Positions 46,836 through 57,411 of a stretch of DNA of 64,000 nt are shown in pieces (position 1 is the first letter of the stretch; every line of letters begins with the position of its first letter). Under the pieces are notes generated by a model. It did not search any database, had not been told where the DNA came from, and saw only the letters and a program-made list of their open reading frames with translations. The DNA is from Bacteroidales bacterium (lineage in GTDB: Bacteria; Bacteroidota; Bacteroidia; Bacteroidales; VadinHA17): the NCBI GenBank assembly GCA_038207725.1, contig JBBQZN010000005.1, positions 23,877 through 87,876 of the forward strand, read 5' to 3'. The translations under genes were made by a program, and so were the position numbers.

Positions 46836-48869
46836 CTATTTTATTGTACTTCCGTTACTTACTTTGTCAGAAGGGCTTACCATAACAAGTTTGCCATCGC
46901 CGTCTTCAGCCATCAGTATCATACCCTGCGATTCAATGCCTTTTATCTTGCGCGGTTCCAGATTGGCAATGATGGAGATCTGTTTTCCAATTATAGCTGA
47001 AGGTTCATAGTATTCGGCAATGCCGGAAACGATAGTCCTTATATCGATACCGGTATCTATTTTAAGTTTCAGCAGCTTTGTTGTCTTTGGAACTTTCTCA
47101 GCCTCAAGTATTGTAGCTGTACGGATATCAATTTTAGAAAAATCATCAAATGTAACGGCATCTTTCCCTGGGGCAACTTTTGCGCCGGCGGCTTCATTGG
47201 CTTTTTTGGTGGCAAGGAGCTTATCTACCTGTTTTGTAATCTCTTCATCTTCAATTTTATCAAAAAGAAGTCCGGGTTTGTTAATCATATGCCCGGCCTT
47301 GAGAAGATCTTTCTCACCTGCTTCACTCCATTTAAGTTCTTTAAAGTTTATCCATCCGCGGAGCTTTTCCATTGAGAACGGAAGGAATGGTTCACATATA
47401 ATTGTGAGGTTAGCAGTAATCTGAAGGGCAATATTCATTATTGTCTTCACCCTTTCAGGATCAGTTTTAATTACTTTCCATGGCTCAGCATCAGCCAGAT
47501 ATTTATTGCCAAGTCTGGCCAGGTTCATCGCCTCCTTAAGTGCTTCGCGGAACCTGTATGTATCAAGACTGGTTTCCACATTCTCTCTGACCTTAGCCAT
47601 CTCGTTCAGAGTGGCCTCATCATTTGAATCAAATTTACCTCTTTCAGGTACTCTGCCTTCGTAGTAGTTATTTGTTAGTACAAGAGTTCTGTTTACAAAG
47701 TTCCCGAGTATGGCAACGAGTTCGTTATTATTTCTGGCCTGAAAATCTTTCCAGGTGAAATCGTTGTCTTTAGCTTCAGGGGCACTGGCGCAGAGCGAGT
47801 ACCTCAGCACATCCTGTTTTCCGGGAAAATCTTCAAGGTATTCGTGCAGCCATACAGCCCAGTTTCTTGATGTTGAAATCTTATCGCTCTCAAGATTAAG
47901 AAACTCATTTGCCGGAACATTTTCAGGAAGTATAAAACTTCCCTCAGCCTTAAGCATTGACGGAAATATTATACAATGAAAGACTATGTTATCCTTACCG
48001 ATAAAATGAACCATTTTTGTTTCACTGTCTTTCCAGTATTTCTCCCAGTCGGGCGTAAGTTCTTTTGTTGCAGAGATATATCCTATCGGAGCATCGAACC
48101 AGACATAAAGCACTTTGCCGTTTGCCCCGTCAACCGGTACCGGAACACCCCAGTCAAGATCGCGGCTAACAGCTCTTGGCTGAAGACCCTGATCGAGCCA
48201 CGATTTGCACTGGCCGTAAACATTAGTCTTCCACTCTTTATGATCTTCGAGGATCCATTTTTTCAGCCACGGCTCATACTTGTCGAGTGGAAGGTACCAG
48301 TGCAGAGTCTCTCTAAGTACGGGCTTGCTTCCGCTTACTGTTGAATGCGGATTAATTAGTTCATTAGGACTGAGCGAAGTACCGCATTTTTCGCACTGGT
48401 CGCCATAGGCATTCTCATTTCCGCAATGGGGGCATGTTCCCATTATATATCTGTCGGCAAGGAAACATCCTGCTTCCTCATCATAATACTGGTCGCTTGA
48501 TTTTTCGATAAATTCTCCTTTATCGTATAGCTTTCTGAAGAACTCAGAAGCAGTTTCATGGTGCACTTTATTTGAAGTGCGTGAGTAGATGTCGAAGGCA
48601 ATTCCGAAATCGGCAAAAGCTTTTTTATTCAATGAATGATACCTGTCAACAATCTCCTGGGGAGAGACTCCCTCTTTGCGTGCTTTCAGGGTTATAGGAA
48701 CGCCATGTTCGTCGGAACCGCAAACAGAAATAACATCTTCCCCCTTCATCCTCAGGTACCTGGTGTATATGTCCGAAGGTACATAAACACCTGCAAGATG
48801 ACCAATATGAATAGGTCCGTTGGCATAGGGCAGGGCAGAGGTGACAAGATATCGTTTGAAGTTCTTCAT
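46836..48869 (-). CDS. metG: methionine--tRNA ligase
   Basis: ORF trimmed to ATG 48869 ([25 protein letters not shown]). It has a zinc knuckle ([18 protein letters not shown]), KISTS (KMSKS-type) and a C-terminal tRNA-binding domain. Confidence 0.95.
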   Translation of the reverse strand: MKNFKRYLVTSALPYANGPIHIGHLAGVYVPSDIYTRYLRMKGEDVISVCGSDEHGVPITLKARKEGVSPQEIVDRYHSLNKKAFADFGIAFDIYSRTSNKVHHETASEFFRKLYDKGEFIEKSSDQYYDEEAGCFLADRYIMGTCPHCGNENAYGDQCEKCGTSLSPNELINPHSTVSGSKPVLRETLHWYLPLDKYEPWLKKWILEDHKEWKTNVYGQCKSWLDQGLQPRAVSRDLDWGVPVPVDGANGKVLYVWFDAPIGYISATKELTPDWEKYWKDSETKMVHFIGKDNIVFHCIIFPSMLKAEGSFILPENVPANEFLNLESDKISTSRNWAVWLHEYLEDFPGKQDVLRYSLCASAPEAKDNDFTWKDFQARNNNELVAILGNFVNRTLVLTNNYYEGRVPERGKFDSNDEATLNEMAKVRENVETSLDTYRFREALKEAMNLARLGNKYLADAEPWKVIKTDPERVKTIMNIALQITANLTIICEPFLPFSMEKLRGWINFKELKWSEAGEKDLLKAGHMINKPGLLFDKIEDEEITKQVDKLLATKKANEAAGAKVAPGKDAVTFDDFSKIDIRTATILEAEKVPKTTKLLKLKIDTGIDIRTIVSGIAEYYEPSAIIGKQISIIANLEPRKIKGIESQGMILMAEDGDGKLVMVSPSDKVSNGSTIK

Positions 48870-48907
48870 AGTATTGATAATGAATAGTAAGCATTTTTTA
48901 GGTAGCA

Positions 48908-48915
48908 CAAATATA
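48908..48915 (-). promoter_or_regulatory. -7 box (TAnnTTTG) for metG
   Basis: The minus strand reads TATATTTG, 39 nt upstream of ATG 48869. Confidence 0.5.
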
Positions 48916-48972
48916 ATAATTTTATGCAAGCCTGAATTTAAAGCCGTTGCCAGATCGGGCAAAAACCCGCAT

Positions 48973-49012
48973 AGAGCGCAAAGAAATGGGCAGTTTGTTT
49001 TCTCTTTGTGCT
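48973..49012. repeat. imperfect inverted repeat sharing the 10-mer GAGCGCAAAG with the 62057-62148 element
   Basis: AGAGCGCAAAGAAA ... TTTCTCTTTGTGCT. The 10-mer GAGCGCAAAG at 48974 is identical to 62091-62100. The link between the two loci is weak. Confidence 0.4.
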
Positions 49013-49071
49013 TTTTTCTTAAGTTGTAAAAGGAAACAATAAAAGCTACATTTACGTATAATAATATTTAT

Positions 49072-49986
49072 ATGCCTGTCAATAAGAAACAACCTGAATA
49101 TCTTAAGCCCGGCGACGAGGTTGCAATTATTTCCCCATCATTCTGTATTGATGAAAAAAAGGTAACTGACGCAATTCCGGTTCTTGAATCATGGGGACTG
49201 AAGGTGCGGGTAGGGAGGAATGCTTATAATCGTTTAGGGCCTTTTGCCGGAACAGATGAAGAGCGATTGTCAGATCTTCAGGAGATGACAGATGATCCTA
49301 ATATTAAGGCTGTTATCTGTTCCAGAGGTGGTTATGGTATGTCAAAAATAATTGACAGGGTTGATTTTTCGGCCCTTAACAGGAACCCTAAATGGTACGC
49401 AGGTTTCAGCGACATCACAGTGCTTCATTTATGGCTAAGCGAGGTTTGCGGTATCAGTTCAATTCACTGCGAAATGCCACTTAACTTCAATGATCCTGAT
49501 TCAACACCAGCAGCTCTCTCGACTGTCAAGCAGGCTCTCTTCGGTACACTTCCTTCCTATAGGTGGGAGGGTGAGTTTCATCGGAAATGCAACGTTTCAG
49601 GGGAACTTACCGGAGGAAATCTCTCAATGATTTACAGCCTCACAGGTACAGAGGCTGAACCATCAACCAGGGGTAAGATTCTGTTTATAGAGGAGATAGG
49701 GGAGTATTATTATCATCTCGACAGGATGCTTACTTCACTGAAGCTTGCCGGCAAACTGGAAGGATTGGCAGCATTGCTGGTAGGAGGTGTAAATAAGATG
49801 GAAGAGGCCAGGATTCCCTGGGGGAAAAGCATAGAAGATACTATCAAAGAAATTGTTGCTGAATATGATTATCCTGTATTTTTCTCTTTCCCGGCAGGGC
49901 ATATTCCTGATAACAGGGCAATATATATAGGAAGGAAAGCGAAAATTGACATCTCCGGAAAAAGTGCAACTCTCTCCTTTCTATAA
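49072..49986 (+). CDS. LD-carboxypeptidase (peptidase S66)
   Basis: 304 aa with an S66 layout. The nucleophile region is GFSDITVLH and the C-terminus has FPAGH. Confidence 0.8.
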   Translation: MPVNKKQPEYLKPGDEVAIISPSFCIDEKKVTDAIPVLESWGLKVRVGRNAYNRLGPFAGTDEERLSDLQEMTDDPNIKAVICSRGGYGMSKIIDRVDFSALNRNPKWYAGFSDITVLHLWLSEVCGISSIHCEMPLNFNDPDSTPAALSTVKQALFGTLPSYRWEGEFHRKCNVSGELTGGNLSMIYSLTGTEAEPSTRGKILFIEEIGEYYYHLDRMLTSLKLAGKLEGLAALLVGGVNKMEEARIPWGKSIEDTIKEIVAEYDYPVFFSFPAGHIPDNRAIYIGRKAKIDISGKSATLSFL

Positions 49987-49988
49987 TT

Positions 49989-51209
49989 TTAGAATGCCGA
50001 TAACAGCAGATTAAGGTCTTTTGAAATAATCCCGAATTTTTGTCCCAGAGTCTCATTAGTGAGCATGCCATTATATAAATAAGCTCCGTTACGGACACCC
50101 TGATCATTTTTCAGCAGCTGGGTAATTCCGCCTGTATCGGCCAGATTCTGAAGAAGAGGAGTAAAGATATTACTTAGTGCAATTGATGCAGTTCGGGCTA
50201 CTCTCGAAGGCAGGTTCCATGCTGAAAAATGAACAACTCCAAACTTCTCATATACCGGATCTTTTAAAGCACGGCATTCTGTTGTTTCAATACATCCGCC
50301 ACGGTCGATACTAAGATCTATTACGACAGCTCCTTTTTTCATTGTGCGGATCATGTCCTCGGTTATAAAATACCAGGGTTTCAGATCTTCAAGTTCTATA
50401 GCTCCGATTAGCACATCGGCTGATTTCAGGGCTTTTCTGAGTACCTGAGGATGAAAGACCGAGGTCTGAAGTCTTTGTCCCAAAATGTTTTGAAACCGTC
50501 TCAGACGATGAAGGGAGCTATCAAAAATTTTTACTGTTGATCCAAGGCCGATTGCTGCCCTGGCAGCGTATTCACCTGCAGTATTGGCACCAATTATCAC
50601 AACCTCAGTTGGAGTTACTCCGGTTATTCCTCCCAGCAATACTCCTTTGCCTCCGTGCATATTACTGAGGTATTCTGAAGCAACCAGGAGAGATGTTATT
50701 CCGCAAATTTCGCTCATTGATTCAATAACCGGCATAACCCCGTTATCATCACGGATCTTTTCAAATGCAATAGCTGTTACCTTCTTCCTGATAAGTTTGC
50801 CAAGTGTTTCCTCATTCAGTTTGAGAACATTGAGGTAAGACATAACAACCTGATTTCCTTTGAGATATTCCGTTGACTCTTCAGTAAATGGGGCAACTTT
50901 AATTACAACATCTGAGCTGAAAACCCTAGCAGGAGAATCAGTCATAGTTGCTCCGTTTTCACTGTAGTCTTTATCGGAGTAATTTGCACCCAGACCAGCA
51001 CCTTTCTGGACTATAACTTCATTACCGCCTTCAACAAGGAGATTAACTGACTCCGGGGTAAGCGCTATTCTCTTTTCATCATCTTTCTTGTCGTTGGGGA
51101 TGCCGATTGTGATACTTCTGTTTTTTACGGCAGATACAAATAGCTCTTCCTTTGGCATGAAAGCAGTATTGCCAAAACTGACCTTTCCGCTTTTACCTTT
51201 CTCATTCAT
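49989..51209 (-). CDS. alanine dehydrogenase family protein
   Basis: 406 aa. It has the AlaDH/PNT N-terminal domain (EKRIALTPESV) and a Rossmann motif (VVIIGANTAGEYAA). Confidence 0.75.
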   Translation of the reverse strand: MNEKGKSGKVSFGNTAFMPKEELFVSAVKNRSITIGIPNDKKDDEKRIALTPESVNLLVEGGNEVIVQKGAGLGANYSDKDYSENGATMTDSPARVFSSDVVIKVAPFTEESTEYLKGNQVVMSYLNVLKLNEETLGKLIRKKVTAIAFEKIRDDNGVMPVIESMSEICGITSLLVASEYLSNMHGGKGVLLGGITGVTPTEVVIIGANTAGEYAARAAIGLGSTVKIFDSSLHRLRRFQNILGQRLQTSVFHPQVLRKALKSADVLIGAIELEDLKPWYFITEDMIRTMKKGAVVIDLSIDRGGCIETTECRALKDPVYEKFGVVHFSAWNLPSRVARTASIALSNIFTPLLQNLADTGGITQLLKNDQGVRNGAYLYNGMLTNETLGQKFGIISKDLNLLLSAF

Positions 51210-51269
51210 CTTCAGAGGGTTTATTTCTTCAAAGGTAAAAAAAATGCAATACAGAGCAAAATCAGATAA

Positions 51270-51683
51270 CTATGATATTCGCAATACTCTTTTTTCATCA
51301 TCATCAACTGTGATTCTTACCCTGAGGGTATCCTCAGGAAGAATTTCTTCAACCATCTCCGGCCACTCCATGAAACAGTAATTGTCACCTGTCAGGTACT
51401 CTTCAATTCCAAAATCAAACACCTCTTCCTGCTTTTTTATCCTGTAAAAATCGATATGATAAATTGAATCTCCGGCTATGGTCCTGTATTCATTTACAAG
51501 TGTGAATGTCGGGCTGCTGATAATATCGCTTGCACCCAGTTCTTCACATACTGCTTTGATTATGGTTGTTTTTCCTGCTCCCATCGACCCGTAGAAGGCA
51601 ATGATCCTGTTCTTTCCGAAGATCTCAATCAGTTTCTTTGCCCCTGAGTGAAGGTGTTTTTTGTCTTTGATAATGAGCTCCAT
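51270..51683 (-). CDS. tsaE: tRNA t6A37 biosynthesis ATPase TsaE
   Basis: 137 aa with P-loop GSMGAGKTT followed by SPTFTLVNEY. Confidence 0.9.
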   Translation of the reverse strand: MELIIKDKKHLHSGAKKLIEIFGKNRIIAFYGSMGAGKTTIIKAVCEELGASDIISSPTFTLVNEYRTIAGDSIYHIDFYRIKKQEEVFDFGIEEYLTGDNYCFMEWPEMVEEILPEDTLRVRITVDDDEKRVLRIS

Positions 51684-51693
51684 AGCTTATGTT

Positions 51694-53247
51694 TTAAACC
51701 GGTTCAAGTATGGCAACCGGAAGCATTACCTCTTGCATTGAAATCCCTCCGTGCTGAAAAGAATCTTTGTAGTAAGCGGCAAAATGGTTATAGTTATTCT
51801 GATAAACCAGATAATCTTTATTGAGTGCAAAGATATACCTCGAACTGATATTTATTTTTGGAAGCATCGCTTTTTCAGGATTAATAATCTCAAAAACTTT
51901 TCTGGGATCATAATCGAGATTTCTACCCATTTTGTATCTGAGATTTGACGATGTATTCCTGTCTCCAATGATCTTAACCGGATTCTGAACTCTTATTGTT
52001 CCGTGGTCGGTGCTGAAAATAACTTTTACATGATGCGCCGCAAGTGTCTTCAGTAATTCAAAAAGGGAGGAATGAATGAACCACGACCGGGTGAGGCTTC
52101 TGTATGCAGGTTCGTCGTTAGCCAGGTCGCGGATTATGCCAACCTCAGTTCTGGCATGTGAGAGCATATCGACGAAGTTGTAGACCAGAATATTGATGTC
52201 ATTTTCGAGCATCATCCTCACTCTTTCATTCACTTTTTTAGCCTCATTACCGCTGCTTATCTTATTATACGACCATTTGTACTTTAACCCTTTTCGGGCA
52301 AGCTGGCTTCTGAAAAGTTCCTCCTCAAAATTATTCTTGCCCTCCTCTTCGTCATCATTTATCCAGTACTGGGGCATACTCTCAGCAATAACAGATGGCA
52401 TCAATCCGGCAAATATTGAATTCCGGCTGAATTGTGTTGCTGTAGGCAGGATGCTGTAATATATATCCTCTTTCGTAACCCTGTATATCCCTGATAGTTC
52501 AGCGGCAATTGTTCTCCACTGATCGTAGCGCAGATTATCAATGAGAATAAAAAACAATGGTCTATGTTCCTGAACATTAGGGAATATCACTTTTTCAAAG
52601 AGAGAGTGGGATAGGACTGGAGCAGTTTTACTCTCCTTCTTAAGCCAATCGAGATAATTTGTCATCATAAACCTCGAGAATGAATTATTTGCTTCATTCT
52701 CCTGAAGTCTTAGTATTTCAGACATCCCGGGATCAGTTGATTTTTCGAGTTCCGATTCCCAGAACACGAGTTTTTTATAGAGTTCCGTCCAGTCGCTGAA
52801 AGTTGAGGCAACGGAAATCATATTTCTTATTCTGCCAAATTCGAGTCTGTAATCGGTAGTGGTTTTTTCAGTTACCAGGCGACGCTGATCGAGAATTTTT
52901 TTTATTACGAGAAGAACTTGTTTGGGCTTAACCGGTTTAATGAGATAGTCAGCAATCTCTGAACCAATGGCTGCCTCCATGAGTTCCTCCTCGTCACTCT
53001 TGGTTATCATTACTACAGGGATGTCGGTTCTGACTTCCTTGATGAGTTTAAGTGTTTCAATGCCACTTAATCCGGGCATATTCTCATCAAGAAAAATAAG
53101 GTCGTACCTGTTTAGTTTTACAAGATCAATAGTATCATTCCCATTTGAGCAGGTATCGATTTCATAGCCCTTCTCCTCAAGAAAAAAAATATGAGGTTTA
53201 AGCGCTTCAACCTCATCATCTGTCCAAAGTATCCTTATTTTTCTCAT
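51694..53247 (-). CDS. porX: T9SS response regulator PorX (CheY receiver + PglZ/alkaline-phosphatase-superfamily domain)
   Basis: 517 aa. The receiver is ILWTDDEVEALKPHIFFLEEKGYE...LIFLDENMPGLSG. The C-terminal PglZ-like domain has FSTDHGT. Confidence 0.85.
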   Translation of the reverse strand: MRKIRILWTDDEVEALKPHIFFLEEKGYEIDTCSNGNDTIDLVKLNRYDLIFLDENMPGLSGIETLKLIKEVRTDIPVVMITKSDEEELMEAAIGSEIADYLIKPVKPKQVLLVIKKILDQRRLVTEKTTTDYRLEFGRIRNMISVASTFSDWTELYKKLVFWESELEKSTDPGMSEILRLQENEANNSFSRFMMTNYLDWLKKESKTAPVLSHSLFEKVIFPNVQEHRPLFFILIDNLRYDQWRTIAAELSGIYRVTKEDIYYSILPTATQFSRNSIFAGLMPSVIAESMPQYWINDDEEEGKNNFEEELFRSQLARKGLKYKWSYNKISSGNEAKKVNERVRMMLENDINILVYNFVDMLSHARTEVGIIRDLANDEPAYRSLTRSWFIHSSLFELLKTLAAHHVKVIFSTDHGTIRVQNPVKIIGDRNTSSNLRYKMGRNLDYDPRKVFEIINPEKAMLPKINISSRYIFALNKDYLVYQNNYNHFAAYYKDSFQHGGISMQEVMLPVAILEPV

Positions 53248-55898
53248 TTCTGACCGTAGTTTTCCAGGAAGAATAGCTGGTACCTGACAGGATCTTTATC
53301 AGTATTGAGCACCTTCAGGTTACTTTCACTTATTGTAAATGTTAACATTTTTGTTGAGCTTGGATTTCTGACTATCTGGTCTAGCCGGAATGCTTTAAAA
53401 TAATCAAGAGCCTGTGCATAGTTCTTAAAGCCCGATACAGTTATTATAATATACCTGTTGTCAATAAGAGTGCCTTCGGTGCGGTAATTCTTATTGGTGT
53501 AACTATCAATATTGTAACTTATTACATCGAATGTTGCAAGATTGATATTAAATGCAGGATTAGTTATTATCAGGGCAAAACGGTGATTTTCAGTTGTATC
53601 TGCAACATATAAGACAGCTGCAATTTTCTTGTCTTCTTCAATCTTCAGTTCAGGTACTTTCTGATTAAGGAAAGCAATTATCTCCGCTGCTTTTTTGCTT
53701 TCAACAGATTCAGGCCAGGTTTTTATGAGCTTGTTAAGTTCTTCCTTAAAACCTCTTTCATCACTTAACGGAGCAGTTGAATAGGCCCTGAGAAGCAGGA
53801 ATTTGGGGGCCAGAGGATCTTTAGGGTATTTTTCCAGTGCATTGTCTGCCATTGAAACTGACTCTTTAAATCTTCCCGAGGCATAAGCTCCATAGGCTTC
53901 CTGGTAAAGCGTTTCAGCCATCTTAAGGTCAGCCATTTTCTTTTCATAGTAGGCAGGATCGGAAAGGATCAATGCGAATTCACTTTCGGGGTATTTATCT
54001 AGCAGCCTCTGTCTGTAGGTTTCTGCTTTGGGCTTGTTTATATCCTTGTTTATTTTGTAAATATTGTAGTAAGATTCGGGTACAAGTTCACTTGCCGGGT
54101 AGCGAACGCCAAGGGATTCGAATGTTTCAGTTGCCTTTGCCGGATCGCCTATTCTCTCTGCATATGCCTTACCTGCATTCAGTATAGCATTTGAAATCTT
54201 GTCATTGGAGATGGCCTTCAATGAATCGGTGAGCGGAAGGTTCTTCAGGTAAAACTCAGGCTTTTTGTAATCAATAACAGTATTTCCGGTATCAGTTTTT
54301 GCCTGAACAGTTTCGTCTATAGTCCCATAGAGCTGTGCAGTTGTTGACCTTGTCTTGTTTGATCTTCTCCAGTTATCCTCCAGTTTTCTGTCGCCCCATC
54401 TTCTCCGGAACTCCGTACGTCCGAATGTCAAAGCTGCCTGATTATAGAAATACCATTTACCTTCCTGATCAATATTTCCCTGAAATCTTCTTTCATTTTC
54501 ATAGAACTGACCCAGATTATACCTGTCGGAATATTCAGAAGTTTTTCCTTCACTTTCATCCTTTTCTATCTTAGCAATAATATCAGCTATAAATGCATTT
54601 CTTTCTGTTTCAGGCATGGCAGCAACACGGAGCAAACTATCTTCACGTTGTATTATGGTAAGTTGTGAAACAAGAGAATTAAGATTTTGAGATTTGCTTT
54701 TAAGCGCCGGATAATCGGGATGTTTCTGATCAAGAAAAAATACTGTGCTGTCATAATATTTCCCGGCCTTCATATAATCGGGTTTTGAATAATAGTATCC
54801 TGCCAGAGCCAGATACGAACGTCCCTTCTGATTTGTGTTGCCTGAATTTGAGCTTGCCGATTTTCTGAAATATTCAAGAGCTTCCGCCTCATTCCCTTCC
54901 TTCATCGACATATTTCCCAGGGCATAGTAGATCTGATCATGAAAATCATCATTCTTCTTGTCCTTTAGCATCCTCTCAAGTTCTTTTCTGATCTCCTGTG
55001 TATTTCCTGAGTTTACATCAAACACTCCGGCGATATTTATCCGGGCATTGAATTCTACATCATAAGGGGGGTTCATTTTTACAACATCACGATAAAGTGA
55101 TGTAGCCCTTGCCCCATTGCCTGTTTGTTCATTAAGCTGGGCAAGCAGGTATGTTAAGCGATATCTTGTTCTTTTTCCTGAAACGAGGTCAATTGATTTC
55201 TGCAGTGGATCAATGGCTTCAGAATATCTTTTCTGTTTTACGAAAAGATCTGTCATCGTTGTGAAATACATTGCTCTCAGCACTTTAGAGATGCCGGAAT
55301 TTATCTCCAATCCGCTTAATATTCTGTTTGACTCTGTATAGTTGGCTGTTTCACTGTAAAGTCTGGCAAGCCATATTGCTGCTTCAAACTTTATTAATGG
55401 GTCATTTGCATCGGTAATTGAAAAGTTGAAAAGGGATGTTGCTTCGCTATATTCCTGTTTATAGAACCTGGCTTTACCGATGAGAAGATAACTGTCGTCA
55501 ACCCATTCATTGTACTCCTTTCTTTCCAGAAGTTCGCGCTCTTTCTCTGTGGGGACTTTATCCTTTAAGTCGGGTTTTGTTGTGATTGATTTTAAAGTGA
55601 TAAGCTTTGAAGCTTTCTGAATGGCCTTCTCCATATCGGATGAACAGAGTGAGACAGATGCCGGATCACTGTATTCGAATACTCTAAGGATCTCGGCATA
55701 ATCATCTTTATATCCGTTTGATATTTTGAGAAGTCCGGCCTTAAAACTCTCATAGCCATTAAAATAGATGTTGAACCTGGCGGTCATGCCATGGTAAAAC
55801 CTTGAACTTTCAGTGTTTTTTTCCACTGAGCATGTAGTCAGGATCAGCAACAATCCTGAAAACACCAGATATTTATATGATGCCTTATTAAAAACCAA
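53244..55898 (-). CDS. porW: TPR-repeat lipoprotein, PorW/SprE-like T9SS component
   Basis: 884 aa with a TTG start. The lipoprotein signal is LLLILTTC|SVEKN. KNTESSRFYHGMTARFNIYFNGYESFKAG matches my recollection of the SprE/PorW N-terminus. TPR-like helices run throughout. The stop overlaps the porX start. Confidence 0.7.
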   Translation of the reverse strand: MVFNKASYKYLVFSGLLLILTTCSVEKNTESSRFYHGMTARFNIYFNGYESFKAGLLKISNGYKDDYAEILRVFEYSDPASVSLCSSDMEKAIQKASKLITLKSITTKPDLKDKVPTEKERELLERKEYNEWVDDSYLLIGKARFYKQEYSEATSLFNFSITDANDPLIKFEAAIWLARLYSETANYTESNRILSGLEINSGISKVLRAMYFTTMTDLFVKQKRYSEAIDPLQKSIDLVSGKRTRYRLTYLLAQLNEQTGNGARATSLYRDVVKMNPPYDVEFNARINIAGVFDVNSGNTQEIRKELERMLKDKKNDDFHDQIYYALGNMSMKEGNEAEALEYFRKSASSNSGNTNQKGRSYLALAGYYYSKPDYMKAGKYYDSTVFFLDQKHPDYPALKSKSQNLNSLVSQLTIIQREDSLLRVAAMPETERNAFIADIIAKIEKDESEGKTSEYSDRYNLGQFYENERRFQGNIDQEGKWYFYNQAALTFGRTEFRRRWGDRKLEDNWRRSNKTRSTTAQLYGTIDETVQAKTDTGNTVIDYKKPEFYLKNLPLTDSLKAISNDKISNAILNAGKAYAERIGDPAKATETFESLGVRYPASELVPESYYNIYKINKDINKPKAETYRQRLLDKYPESEFALILSDPAYYEKKMADLKMAETLYQEAYGAYASGRFKESVSMADNALEKYPKDPLAPKFLLLRAYSTAPLSDERGFKEELNKLIKTWPESVESKKAAEIIAFLNQKVPELKIEEDKKIAAVLYVADTTENHRFALIITNPAFNINLATFDVISYNIDSYTNKNYRTEGTLIDNRYIIITVSGFKNYAQALDYFKAFRLDQIVRNPSSTKMLTFTISESNLKVLNTDKDPVRYQLFFLENYGQK

Positions 55899-55946
55899 AT
55901 AAACGCCGTTTAATACTATAACTTCTTAAAGCAGTGTATAGTATTT

Positions 55947-55954
55947 CAAAGGTA
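55947..55954 (-). promoter_or_regulatory. -7 box (TAnnTTTG) for the porW/sprE-like gene
   Basis: The minus strand reads TACCTTTG, 49 nt upstream of TTG 55898. Confidence 0.4.
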
Positions 55955-55979
55955 AATAAAAATGATCTGATGTGGCTGA

Positions 55980-56219
55980 TCAGGCTGAAATAACTCCTTT
56001 TATTTCAGGAACCTCTTTCATAATTGCCTGTTCAACGCCTGCCTTTAGGGTTTGCATACTGTAAGGACAACCATGGCATGCTCCTGTAAGCCTGACTTTT
56101 ACTGTCATATCATCAGATACATCCACGAGTTCAATATCGCCTCCATCTGACTGAAGATAGGGCCTCACTCTTTCAAGTGCCTTCTTAACACGCTCTTTTA
56201 CGCTGCTTGTATCGCTCAT
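55980..56219 (-). CDS. NifU-family Fe-S cluster protein (C-terminal NifU domain)
   Basis: 79 aa with a CxxC motif (GACHGCP). Confidence 0.85.
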   Translation of the reverse strand: MSDTSSVKERVKKALERVRPYLQSDGGDIELVDVSDDMTVKVRLTGACHGCPYSMQTLKAGVEQAIMKEVPEIKGVISA

Positions 56220-56235
56220 ATTATCTATTGTTATA

Positions 56236-57336
56236 TTATTTTACTTCAAGTTTGATGGTAGGACGCTGATCTCTGTTGCGCTTGTCAACACTTGCAATCA
56301 GTTGATCAGCAAGATCCATAAATGCATTTCCTGTTATTGAATCATTCAGTGCAACAGGCTGGCCTTTATCGCTGCCCTCACAAATACTCTGCACAAGCGG
56401 GATCTGTCCGAGAAGAGGGACGTCCATCTTTTCTGCCAGTTTTCTGCATCCCTCTTTTCCGAAAATGTAGTATTTGTTTGATGGCAATTCCGCGGGTGTA
56501 AACCACGACATGTTTTCAACCAATCCCAGAACAGGGACATTAATTTTTTCACTGCGGAACATTGAAATGCCTTTAACTGCATCGGCAAGTGCCACATCCT
56601 GAGGAGTGCTTATTACTATCGCACCTGTGACAGGAACCTCCTGTACCAGCGTAAGATGAATATCGCTTGTTCCGGGAGGAAGATCGACAAGCAGGTAATC
56701 AAGTTCACCCCATTCACCTTGTGTAATAAGCTGTTTGAGGAAACTGGAGGCCATTGGACCTCTCCAGATAACTGCATCTGCAGGGTCTACAAAAAAACCG
56801 GTTGATAAGACCTTTACTCCGTATTTGGTAAGTGGTACTATAATATCAACATCATTTTCCCTCTTTACTTCGGGTCTGTATTTTTCCTCGTTGAACATTT
56901 TCGGAACTGATGGACCAAATACATCAGCATCAAGCAATCCGACACTGAAGCCTTTGCGGGCCAGCGATATTGCAAGATTTACTGCGATGGTTGTTTTACC
57001 GACACCACCCTTGCCTGATGATACTGCAACTATATTGGTAACTCCTTCAAGAACTTCACGGCGTTTCTCCTGCTTCTTTCCAACAATTACTTTTGGTTCA
57101 ACCTTAATTTCACTGATAACAACATCCGGTCCGAAAGCATCTTTCAGGCTCCTGACAATAGTACTTCGTATCGAATTGATAAACGGATCGTTGGATTTTT
57201 CGGGAGTAAGGGTGATGTTGATGCCCTCCTTTCCTGATTCAACATGTGATACCATCCCCAGTGATACAATATCTTTCCCCTTATCGGGATGTACCACTTT
57301 GGAGAGTATACTTAAGATCTGATCTTCTGAAAACAT
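56236..57336 (-). CDS. Mrp/NBP35/ApbC-family Fe-S cluster carrier ATPase
   Basis: ORF trimmed to ATG 57336 (MFSEDQILSILSKVVHPDKGKDIV is the DUF59-type N-terminus). It has the deviant Walker A SGKGGVGKTT. Confidence 0.9.
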   Translation of the reverse strand: MFSEDQILSILSKVVHPDKGKDIVSLGMVSHVESGKEGINITLTPEKSNDPFINSIRSTIVRSLKDAFGPDVVISEIKVEPKVIVGKKQEKRREVLEGVTNIVAVSSGKGGVGKTTIAVNLAISLARKGFSVGLLDADVFGPSVPKMFNEEKYRPEVKRENDVDIIVPLTKYGVKVLSTGFFVDPADAVIWRGPMASSFLKQLITQGEWGELDYLLVDLPPGTSDIHLTLVQEVPVTGAIVISTPQDVALADAVKGISMFRSEKINVPVLGLVENMSWFTPAELPSNKYYIFGKEGCRKLAEKMDVPLLGQIPLVQSICEGSDKGQPVALNDSITGNAFMDLADQLIASVDKRNRDQRPTIKLEVK

Positions 57337-57411
57337 TGTTTCGTTATTTTTATTTAAATTAAATACAAACAAGCTGCAATTTTACCAAAAATCCCTGATA
57401 AAACAAAGAAA

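Noticed and set aside
56735-57322. A 195-aa plus-strand ORF lies antisense to the Mrp/ApbC gene.
   Set aside because: It is a shadow ORF. The minus frame has the GKGGVGKT P-loop and a DUF59 N-terminus.
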